A stretch of DNA of 64,000 nucleotides from Alphaproteobacteria bacterium (GTDB lineage: Bacteria; Pseudomonadota; Alphaproteobacteria; MPNO01), in assembly GCA_964291675.2 (NCBI GenBank), contig OZ219866.1, positions 1,024,001 through 1,088,000 of the forward strand, read 5' to 3'. The translations under genes were made by a program, and so were the position numbers. Below the pieces are notes generated by a model. The model worked only from the letters and a program-made list of their open reading frames with translations, did no database searches and had not been told where the DNA came from. Shown here piece by piece: positions 56,660-64,000 of the stretch (positions are counted from its first letter, which is position 1; each line of letters starts with the position of its first letter).

Positions 56660-57352
56660 TCAGCGCGACGCGACGACCGCGAGCAGCGCCAGCAGCTCGG
56701 CGAGCGCGAGCACGGCGGGAAGCGCCGCCGTCCCGGCGCCGGGGCGGCGCGCGGCGTAAACGATGCCGCCGGTCACCGCGCCGGCGAGGATGACCGCGGC
56801 GAGCCAGCCCTCGGCCATGACGATCAGGGAGATCGCCGCGGCGACGCCGAGCGCGATTCCGACCGGGCCGAGCGTGGGCTTGGCGTCCCCGTCCCCGTCG
56901 GGCGCGCCGTGCAGCGCGGCGATCTGGCAGGCATAGGCGATCGCGGAGCTGCCGATCAGGATGCCGCCCACCGGGCCGGCATCGGCCGCCTGCGCGATCG
57001 CGGCGGCCTCGAGCACGACGACCAAGGCGAGAACGATGGCGCTCCACTCGGCGGCGGAGGCCGGAGCCAGCGACCCGGCGGCGCGGGCGAGCGCGCGCTC
57101 GGGCGCGGCGCCGGTGATGGCGAACGAGGCGGCGAGCGCGACCACCGCCGCCACCGCGGGCGCCAGCCCCAGCTCCTCCGCCGCCAGAAAGGCGACCGCC
57201 GCCGCCCCGCCGATCCCCGCGCCCACCAGCGAATACGCCCAGCACGACTCGGCGAAGGGGCGGCCCTCCTCCGCCGCGTCTTGCGGCAGCTTCAGCCAGG
57301 TCAGCCGCCTCAGGCAGATGGCGATGTCGACGAGATATTGCGCGAACGGCAT
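56660..57352 (-). CDS. CobS-like membrane protein lacking the catalytic motifs
   Basis: N-terminus D...CLRRLTWL.LP...WAYSLVGAGIG resembles CobS, but TGAAPERALA replaces TGxLHxDGLxD. Confidence 0.6.
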   Translation of the reverse strand: MPFAQYLVDIAICLRRLTWLKLPQDAAEEGRPFAESCWAYSLVGAGIGGAAAVAFLAAEELGLAPAVAAVVALAASFAITGAAPERALARAAGSLAPASAAEWSAIVLALVVVLEAAAIAQAADAGPVGGILIGSSAIAYACQIAALHGAPDGDGDAKPTLGPVGIALGVAAAISLIVMAEGWLAAVILAGAVTGGIVYAARRPGAGTAALPAVLALAELLALLAVVASR

Positions 57353-57474
57353 GTCGCTTCGAGCCCCGGCTGACACGCCCGGATGATAGTTCGATCGGAG
57401 CGGGCGCGACAGATTCATGCGAAATCGTGAAGCCGTCGCTTCGCCCGGGCGCGCCAATGCACTAGCTTCCGGCG

Positions 57475-58128
57475 GTGACACGGAACATCGATCTCGTACT
57501 CGACGGCGCCGTGGCGACCGTCCAGCTCGACCGGCCGCGGCGCTTCAACGCGCTGGCGCGGGCGGACTGGGAGGTGCTGGAGGCGCGGATCGCCGAGATC
57601 GAGGCGGTGCCCGGGATCGGCTGCGTGATCGTCCGCGGCGCGGGCGGGCGCGCCTTCTCGACCGGTCTCGACATGTCGCGCTTCGCCGACGAGCGCCGTG
57701 ACCCGCGATCCGCCAGGGCCTATAGCGAGGCGACCGAACGGGCGTGCGCGCGCCTCGGCGCGCTCCCGATGCCGACGATCGCGATGATCGAGGGGTTCTG
57801 CATGGGGAGCGGGGTCGACATCGCCTGCCGCTGCGATCTCAGGATCGCCGCTTCCGACGCCCGGTTCCGGGTCTCGCCGCGCAGCATCGGGCTGTTCCTG
57901 GATACCGGCTTCGTCGCCGCCATGCTGGCGGTGATCGGCCGCGCGCGCACCCTGGAGCTGGTGCTCGAAGGCCGCACCTACGATGCCGGGGCGGCGCTGG
58001 CGATGGGGCTGGTGGGGCGCGTCGTGGCGGCCGATGCGCTGGAGGACGAGACCCGCGCGCTCGGCCAACGCCTGGCCGAGACCTACGCCGCGATCAGCTC
58101 GAACCGGTCGACATCGACCAGCCCGTGA
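57475..58128 (+). CDS. Enoyl-CoA hydratase/isomerase family protein, C-terminally truncated
   Basis: LDRPRRFNAL, AFSTGLDM, PTIAMIEGFCMGSG, CDLRIA; 217 aa, last codons run antisense into ade. Confidence 0.82.
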   Translation: MTRNIDLVLDGAVATVQLDRPRRFNALARADWEVLEARIAEIEAVPGIGCVIVRGAGGRAFSTGLDMSRFADERRDPRSARAYSEATERACARLGALPMPTIAMIEGFCMGSGVDIACRCDLRIAASDARFRVSPRSIGLFLDTGFVAAMLAVIGRARTLELVLEGRTYDAGAALAMGLVGRVVAADALEDETRALGQRLAETYAAISSNRSTSTSP

Positions 58129-59795
58129 TCGGTGATCTTGAGATGCGGGATCACCGGCAGCGGCAGGAAGGCGAGCTGTAGCAACGGCTCCGCCAGCGGG
58201 CATCCGAGCGCCCTGACCCCCCGGCGCAGCGTCCGCAGCCCGTCCCGCACCTCCTCGAAGGGCCGGTCGCTCATCAGGCCTGCCACCGGCAGCGGCAGCT
58301 CGGCCACCACGCCCCCGTCGGCGACGGCGACGAACCCGCCCTGGATCTCGATCAGCCGGTTGACCGCCGCCGCCATGTCGGCGTCGCTGCAGCCGACGGC
58401 GATCACGTTGTGGCTGTCATGGCCGACGCTGGAGGCGAGCGCGCCGCGCCCGAGCCCGAAACCCTGCACGAAGCCGCGCCCGACATTGCGGTTCTTGCCG
58501 TGCCGCGAGAACACGCAGACCTTGAGCACGTCGGCGTCGAGGTCGCGCTCGCGCAGCCCCGCCGCGTAGGGCAGGGTGAGGGTGAGATGCTCGGTCAGCA
58601 CGGTGCCGGGGACGAGGCCGATCACCGGGCCGGTGGGGCCGGACGAGGGAATGGCGAAGACGCTCTCGTCGACCGGATCGAGCTTCACCGAGCCGTAACC
58701 TACGGGGCTGGGCACTCGCGCCCGGTCCGGGAACGTGTTCCCGGTGACCGGCGCGCCCGAGCGGATCACGCTCCTGACCGCGCAGGTTTCCAGGTCGTCG
58801 AGCAGGACGAGGTCGGCGCGGTAGCCCGGCGCGACGAGGCCGCGGTCGTTCAGCCCGAACCCCTTCGCGGCCGACCAGGTGGCCGCGCGGTAGGCAGCGG
58901 CGACCGGCGCGCCGGCGGCGATCGCGGCGCGGATCACATGGTCGAGATGGCCCTCCTCGGCGATGTCGAGCGGGTTGCGGTCATCGGTGCAGAACGCGAT
59001 GAACGGCGCGCTCGCGTCGTCGAGCAGCGGCGCCAGCGTGGCCACGTCCTTGCACGCGCTGCCGTCGCGGATCAGCACCTGAAAACCCTTCTTCAGCTTC
59101 TCCGCCGCCTCGGCGACGTTGGTGCTCTCGTGGCAGTTGTGGATGCCGCAGGCGGCGTAGGCGTTGAGCCGGTAGCCCGAGAGCAGCGGCGCGTGGCCGT
59201 CGATATGGGCGCCCTCGAAGGCGATCAGCTTGTCCAGCGTCGGGCCGTCATGGGCGAAGATGTCGCCGAAGCTCATGAACTCGGCGAGGCCGATCACCGG
59301 TTCGCGGTCGCGGTAGCGGACGAGGTCGGCGGCCTCCAGCCGGGCGCCCGCGGTCTCCAGCCCCGTCGAGGGCACGCAGCTCGAAAGCTGGACCCTGAGG
59401 TCCATCGCCAGCTCGCCCGCAGAGTCGAGGAAGTATTCGAGACCCTGCGTGCCGAGCACGTTGACGATCTCGTGCGGATCGCAGATCGCGGTCGTGGTGC
59501 CCCGGGGCAGCACGCAGCGGTCGAACTCGGCCGGGGTGACGACGCTGCTCTCGACATGGACGTGGGTGTCGATGAAGCCCGGCACCGCCACGGCGCCCCG
59601 CCCGTCGACGACCACCGCGCCGTCATAGGCTTCGTGGGTGCCGACGATCGTCTCGCCGGCGATCGCCACATCGCCGTCTTCCAGCGCGCCGGTCGCCAGG
59701 TTGAGGATGCGCGCGCCCTTGATCACCAGGTCGGCCGGCCGGCGGCCGAGCGCCTGGTCGATGCGCGCGGCGAGCGATTCCCTGGTCAGAGTCAT
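58083..59795 (-). CDS. ade: Adenine deaminase
   Basis: PGFIDTHVHVESS, DPHEI, DGHAP, HES, CTDDR, SVGHDSHN, LPVIPHLKITD. Confidence 0.95.
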   Translation of the reverse strand: MTLTRESLAARIDQALGRRPADLVIKGARILNLATGALEDGDVAIAGETIVGTHEAYDGAVVVDGRGAVAVPGFIDTHVHVESSVVTPAEFDRCVLPRGTTTAICDPHEIVNVLGTQGLEYFLDSAGELAMDLRVQLSSCVPSTGLETAGARLEAADLVRYRDREPVIGLAEFMSFGDIFAHDGPTLDKLIAFEGAHIDGHAPLLSGYRLNAYAACGIHNCHESTNVAEAAEKLKKGFQVLIRDGSACKDVATLAPLLDDASAPFIAFCTDDRNPLDIAEEGHLDHVIRAAIAAGAPVAAAYRAATWSAAKGFGLNDRGLVAPGYRADLVLLDDLETCAVRSVIRSGAPVTGNTFPDRARVPSPVGYGSVKLDPVDESVFAIPSSGPTGPVIGLVPGTVLTEHLTLTLPYAAGLRERDLDADVLKVCVFSRHGKNRNVGRGFVQGFGLGRGALASSVGHDSHNVIAVGCSDADMAAAVNRLIEIQGGFVAVADGGVVAELPLPVAGLMSDRPFEEVRDGLRTLRRGVRALGCPLAEPLLQLAFLPLPVIPHLKITDHGLVDVDRFELIAA

Positions 59796-59808
59796 GCGCG
59801 GTCCCCGT

Positions 59809-60279
59809 TTAGTAGCGCAGCTTGTCGGGCTTTTCCTCCCATTCGCGGAACGCCGCCGCCGCCGGCTCGGCCAGCATCCGGGTCATCGGCACCGAACGGC
59901 GGTCGGGCGGAAGCGCGATCTCGCGGTAGATGTGATCGTCGTCGAAGCCGATGCGGGCGGCGTCCTCGCGGGTATTGGCATAGAAGATCCGCCCGATCCG
60001 CGCCCAGTAGATCGCGGCCAGGCACATCGGGCAGGGCTCGCAGGAGGTGTAGATGTCGCAGCCTTCGAGCGAGAAGCTGCCGAGCGCGGCGCAGGCCGCG
60101 CGGATCGCGGTGATCTCGGCATGGGCGGTCGGGTCGTTGTCCGAGGTGACCCGGTTGAAGCCCTCGGCGACGACCTCCCCGTGCTTGACGATCACCGCGC
60201 CGAACGGCCCGCCCCGGTTGGCCCGCATCATGGCGACGGAGAGCGCGATGGCGCGCCGCATGTGGTCTTCGCCGGCCAA
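59809..60279 (-). CDS. Nucleoside deaminase, cytidine-deaminase-fold guanine deaminase-like
   Basis: GGPFGAVIV, DPTAHAEI, CEPCPMC, GFDD. Confidence 0.9.
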   Translation of the reverse strand: MAGEDHMRRAIALSVAMMRANRGGPFGAVIVKHGEVVAEGFNRVTSDNDPTAHAEITAIRAACAALGSFSLEGCDIYTSCEPCPMCLAAIYWARIGRIFYANTREDAARIGFDDDHIYREIALPPDRRSVPMTRMLAEPAAAAFREWEEKPDKLRY

Positions 60280-60302
60280 CCCCCGACCTTTCGCGGCGCT
60301 GG

Positions 60303-60962
60303 CTAGCGCGGCTGCGGCACGATGCGGAGATAGGGTCTCGGCGCCTCCCAGCCGCCGGGGAACTTCTCCCTGGCGTCCTCGTCCGAGACCGCCGGCAGGA
60401 TGATGCAGTCATCGCCGTCCTTCCAGTTGACCGGCGTCGCCACCGCGTGCTTCGCGGTAAGCTGGATCGAATCCAGCAGGCGCAGCACCTCGTCGAAATT
60501 GCGCCCCGTGCTCATCGGATAGGTCAGCATCGCCTTGATCTTCTTGTCGGGGCCGATCACGAAGACCGACCGGACGGTCGCGTTGTCCGCCGCGGTGCGG
60601 CCCTCGGAGGTGTCGCCCGCGCCCTCCGGCAGCATGTCGTAGAGCTTGGCGACGTCGAGCCCGGGATCGCCGACCAGCGGATAGGTCACGGCGTGGCCCT
60701 GGGTCTCCTCGATGTCCTTGAACCACTCGCGGTGGCTGCCGACCGGATCGACGCTGAGCCCGAGGATCTTGGTGTTGCGCGCGGCGAAATCCGACGCCAG
60801 CCCGGCCATGTAGCCCAGCTCGGTCGTGCACACCGGGGTGAAGTCCTTGGGGTGCGAGAACAGGATCGCCCAGCCGTCGCCGATCCAGTCGTGGAAATCG
60901 ATCCTGCCCTCGGTGGTCTCGGCCGTGAAATTCGGGGCCTCGGCATTGATTCGCAGCGTCAT
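60303..60962 (-). CDS. 1-Cys peroxiredoxin (Prx6 type)
   Basis: FSHPKDFTPVCTTE, YPMSTGRNFDE, ATPVNW. Confidence 0.95.
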   Translation of the reverse strand: MTLRINAEAPNFTAETTEGRIDFHDWIGDGWAILFSHPKDFTPVCTTELGYMAGLASDFAARNTKILGLSVDPVGSHREWFKDIEETQGHAVTYPLVGDPGLDVAKLYDMLPEGAGDTSEGRTAADNATVRSVFVIGPDKKIKAMLTYPMSTGRNFDEVLRLLDSIQLTAKHAVATPVNWKDGDDCIILPAVSDEDAREKFPGGWEAPRPYLRIVPQPR

Positions 60963-61217
60963 GAATTCCTCCTTCGATCCGGTCCGGGCGGCGCGGCCTT
61001 CCCCGCTGGCCGCCCGGCCTTGCAAACGCTCGTGCTCTACTTAGTACGCCGGGCCGCCGGGGACCATATCCGCCCGCGCGATCGGGCGAAGTTCTACCCG
61101 GCGCCGGGACGGCCCGGACAATCAAGAAAACGTGCGCGCCAAGACAATCTAGATTTATTGGCTATAGTGGGCGGGACATCGCCTCACTACATACCCTGCA
61201 GGAAGCGTCCTAGGGAC

Positions 61218-62177
61218 ATGACGGCAGAGCCCGCCACGATCGAAGCCGCCGCGCTCGCCGGCGGCAAGTTCCGCGACCCGGACCTCACCGCGGACGGCGG
61301 ACGGCGCGCCGCGGTGGCGCTGGCCGCGCTCAGGACGCTTTGGTTCAACACCGGCACGCTGTGCAACCTCACCTGCCGCAACTGCTACATCGAATCGAGC
61401 CCGACCAACGACCGCCTGGTCTACATGCCGCTCGCCGACGTGACGCGCTTCCTCGACGAGATCGCAGACGCCGGGCTGCCGACGCGGGAAATCGGCCTCA
61501 CCGGCGGCGAGCCCTTCATGAACCCGGAGATCGCGCCGATCGTCGGGACCTGCCTCGAGCGCGGGTTCTCGGTCCTGGTGCTGACCAACGCGATGCGCCC
61601 GATGATGAAACGGGCCGGGGATCTGCTGCGGCTGAAGGAGGTCCATGGCGACCGGCTCGCGATCCGGATCTCGCTCGACCATTACGGCCAGGCGCTGCAC
61701 GAGATGGAGCGCGGCGAACGGACCTGGAAGCCCGCCCTCGCCGGCTTCGCCTGGCTGGTGGAGAACGGCTTCAACGTCCATGTCTGCGGCCGCACCTGCT
61801 GGGACGAGCCGGAGGACTCGCTCCGCGCCGGGTTCGCGCGGCTGTTCGCCCGCCACGGCATCGACTTCGACGCCGCGGATCCGGTCAGGCTCACCCTGCT
61901 GCCCGAGATGGACGAGGCCGTCGACGTGCCGGAGATCACCGAGCAGTGCTGGGACATTCTCGGCGTCTCGCCGGATACGATGATGTGCGCGAGCCAGCGC
62001 ATGGTGGTCAAGCGCAAGGGCGAGCCGGCCAGCGTGGTCTCCTGCACGCTGCTGCCCTACGACATGCAGTTCGATCTCGGCCGCAGCCTCGCCGAGGCGG
62101 CCGGCGAGGTGAAGCTCAACCACCCCCACTGCGCGCGCTTCTGCGTGCTCGGCGGCGGGGCCTGCAGCCGCGGCTGA
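61218..62177 (+). CDS. Radical SAM protein with C-terminal Cys cluster
   Basis: CNLTCRNC, TGGEP, TEQCW, MMCASQRM, SCTL, HPHCARFCVLGGGAC. Confidence 0.9.
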   Translation: MTAEPATIEAAALAGGKFRDPDLTADGGRRAAVALAALRTLWFNTGTLCNLTCRNCYIESSPTNDRLVYMPLADVTRFLDEIADAGLPTREIGLTGGEPFMNPEIAPIVGTCLERGFSVLVLTNAMRPMMKRAGDLLRLKEVHGDRLAIRISLDHYGQALHEMERGERTWKPALAGFAWLVENGFNVHVCGRTCWDEPEDSLRAGFARLFARHGIDFDAADPVRLTLLPEMDEAVDVPEITEQCWDILGVSPDTMMCASQRMVVKRKGEPASVVSCTLLPYDMQFDLGRSLAEAAGEVKLNHPHCARFCVLGGGACSRG

Positions 62178-62240
62178 CTCCTTGCGGCCCCGCCCGGGGC
62201 GTGATTTGCTTGCGCGTCCGCCCGCGGGAGGGAAGCCGCC

Positions 62241-62549
62241 ATGCCGATCGCCGACGTCGACCGAACCCTGCCGTCGAACCGCATGATCTTCGAGGTTCGC
62301 CGCGACATGCGGCTGTTCCGCCGCTTCCGCCAGGACATGGAGACCGTGTTCGAGGAGTACGGGCTGAGCGAGACCGAGAAGGACGCGTTCCGCAATATCG
62401 ACATCCGCAAGCTCGCCGAGCTCGGCGTCCACCCCTATTTCCTGCCCCAGGTGAGCCGCTTCTTCCACGGCGGCGCCTATAACCACAACGACAGCGAAGC
62501 GGCCCGGACCTACGCCCGCAACATGGTGCCGGGCGCGCAAGGCGGCTGA
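62241..62549 (+). CDS. Small LigA-like protein (small-subunit fold of LigAB extradiol dioxygenases)
   Basis: F..D...FEEYGLSETEK.AF...D...L..LGVHPYFL pattern; GGAGGG RBS. Confidence 0.6.
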   Translation: MPIADVDRTLPSNRMIFEVRRDMRLFRRFRQDMETVFEEYGLSETEKDAFRNIDIRKLAELGVHPYFLPQVSRFFHGGAYNHNDSEAARTYARNMVPGAQGG

Positions 62550-62563
62550 CCCGGCCGGCGCTC

Positions 62564-63436
62564 ATGCCGACCGACTACTCGATCTGGGCCTTCGCCTATA
62601 CGCGCTCCAACATGCCGCGCGATTTCTTCGGCGGCACGCTGGTGGAGAGCAACCGGGGCACGATCCGCAACCCGATGGTCTACACCGCGCTCCATGGCGG
62701 GGAGGACGGCGGCAAGCCGCGCCTCGCTTTGGTCGATACCGGGATGAAGGGCGGCTGGTCGCCGAGCGGCAAGAGCTACGAGGGGGTCGAGCACCCGGAG
62801 ACCACGCTGGCCAAGATCGGTTTCGCGCCGGAGGAGGTGGAGGACGTCATCCTGACCCACCTCCATTTCGACCACGCCGGCAATCTCGACCGCTTCCCCA
62901 ACGCCCGCTTCCACGTCCAGCGCGCCGAATACGATGGCTGGAAGCGGGTCTTTGCGATGCCCGACGGTCTCGGATCGGACACGCGGAAATGGCCGCTGTC
63001 GTCGATCGACCCGCGCGACTTCGACCTGCTCGACGGGCTGATCGCCGACGGGCGGGTGCGGTTCCAGGACGGCGACGGCGAGGTCCTGCCCGGCGTGTCC
63101 GCCCATCTCGCGCGCGACTCGCACACCTTCGGCTCGCAGTGGCTGGAGGTCGCGACGCGGTCCGGCCCCTATGTGGTGGCGGGGGACTGCGTCTACTGGT
63201 ACGCCAATGTCGAGCGCATGTGGCCGCCCGCCTATGTCCAGGGCGATTCGTGGAACCTGATCGAGTGCTACCGCCGCATCCGCGCGGCGGTGGGCGGCGA
63301 CCTCGACCGCATCGTCCCGGGCCACGACCCGCTGCTGTTCGAGCGCCACCGGAGCTGGACCGCGGGGATCAACCCGACCGCCGAGATCCACCTCGCCGCG
63401 GGCGAGCGGTCGCGCGCCGGAGACGGCGGATGCTGA
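62564..63436 (+). CDS. Metallo-beta-lactamase-fold hydrolase, N-acyl homoserine lactonase family
   Basis: LVDTG, THLHFDHAGN, SHTFGSQ, AGDC, PGHD. Confidence 0.9.
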   Translation: MPTDYSIWAFAYTRSNMPRDFFGGTLVESNRGTIRNPMVYTALHGGEDGGKPRLALVDTGMKGGWSPSGKSYEGVEHPETTLAKIGFAPEEVEDVILTHLHFDHAGNLDRFPNARFHVQRAEYDGWKRVFAMPDGLGSDTRKWPLSSIDPRDFDLLDGLIADGRVRFQDGDGEVLPGVSAHLARDSHTFGSQWLEVATRSGPYVVAGDCVYWYANVERMWPPAYVQGDSWNLIECYRRIRAAVGGDLDRIVPGHDPLLFERHRSWTAGINPTAEIHLAAGERSRAGDGGC

Positions 63437-64000
63437 GGGCGGCCGACGGCGCGCGCGGGATGGTCGTGGCGCCGCACGGCCTCGCGTCGCAGGCCGGGCT
63501 CGCGGTGCTGCGCGAAGGCGGCAACGCGATCGAGGCGACGGTCGCCGCCGCCGCCGCCGTCGCCGTGGTCTACCCGCACATGAACGGGCTCGGCGGGGAC
63601 GGTTTCTGGCTGATCGCCGCGCCGGGGGCGGAGCCCGTCGGGATCGACGCCTGCGGCGCGACCGGAGCGGCTGCGACTCCGGCCCTGTATTCCGGAGCGG
63701 CGGCGATCCCGGCGCGCGGGCCGCTCGCCGCCAATACGGTGGCGGGCACCGTCTCGGGATGGGGCGAGGCGCTGCAACTGGCCGCCGAATGGGGCGGGCG
63801 GATGAAGCTCGCGCGACTGCTGGAGGATGCCATATGGCTCGCCGATAACGGGTTCCCGGCGAGCGACAACCAGGCCGCGACCACGGCGGCCAAGGCGGCC
63901 GAGCTCGCCCCGGTTCCGGGTTTTTCGGCGACCTTCCTGTCGGACGGCGCCGCGCCCGCGCCGGGCAGCGCGTTCCGCAACGCTGCGCTCGCCGAAACCC
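63430..64000 (+). CDS. Gamma-glutamyltransferase family protein (runs off the window)
   Basis: MLRAADGARGMVVAPHGLASQAGLAVLREGGNAIEA...YPHMNGLGGDGFWLI, read directly because it is absent from the ORF track. Confidence 0.9.
   Translation, partial: MLRAADGARGMVVAPHGLASQAGLAVLREGGNAIEATVAAAAAVAVVYPHMNGLGGDGFWLIAAPGAEPVGIDACGATGAAATPALYSGAAAIPARGPLAANTVAGTVSGWGEALQLAAEWGGRMKLARLLEDAIWLADNGFPASDNQAATTAAKAAELAPVPGFSATFLSDGAAPAPGSAFRNAALAET

Noticed and set aside
60303-62177. Selenocysteine recoding in the peroxiredoxin or radical SAM gene
   Set aside because: Active-site positions are ordinary Cys codons and no in-frame TGA interrupts either gene

Overview
Very GC-rich (about 70% by eye) alphaproteobacterial chromosome segment; gene order and protein style suggest a Rhodospirillales-like lineage (inference). 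Roughly 1-34.5 kb is conserved housekeeping: mutS(partial)-glnD-murJ-trpS, TauE/TIGR02186/USP, three cell-wall enzymes, tsaB-rimI, tusA-like, fur-olsB-olsA-miaB-phoH-ybeY-corC-lnt, XRE-metK-trmB, rimP-nusA-ylxR-infB-rbfA-truB-rpsO-pnp and a flavin oxidoreductase. Then come irr-katG with two Irr-box-like sites and an accessory, largely catabolic region with REP-like palindromes and a pemIK toxin-antitoxin pair. That region holds a coupled operon for an oxaloacetate-decarboxylase-like enzyme, an MHPCO-like flavoprotein and a TPP decarboxylase fused in reversed beta-alpha order, plus NIPSNAP, TRAP, LLM, cupin-CMD-amidase, VOC, SDR and amidohydrolase genes. The end of the window has a frameshifted ispG, ptrB, a motif-less CobS-like protein, a truncated enoyl-CoA hydratase, ade, a guanine deaminase-like gene, a peroxiredoxin, a radical SAM gene, an orphan LigA-like gene, an MBL lactonase and a partial GGT. 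No rRNA, tRNA, CRISPR, integrase or transposase was recognised. The best candidate for an undescribed system is the 38.8-42.0 kb operon. All family calls come from motif recognition and recalled sequences, not database searches.
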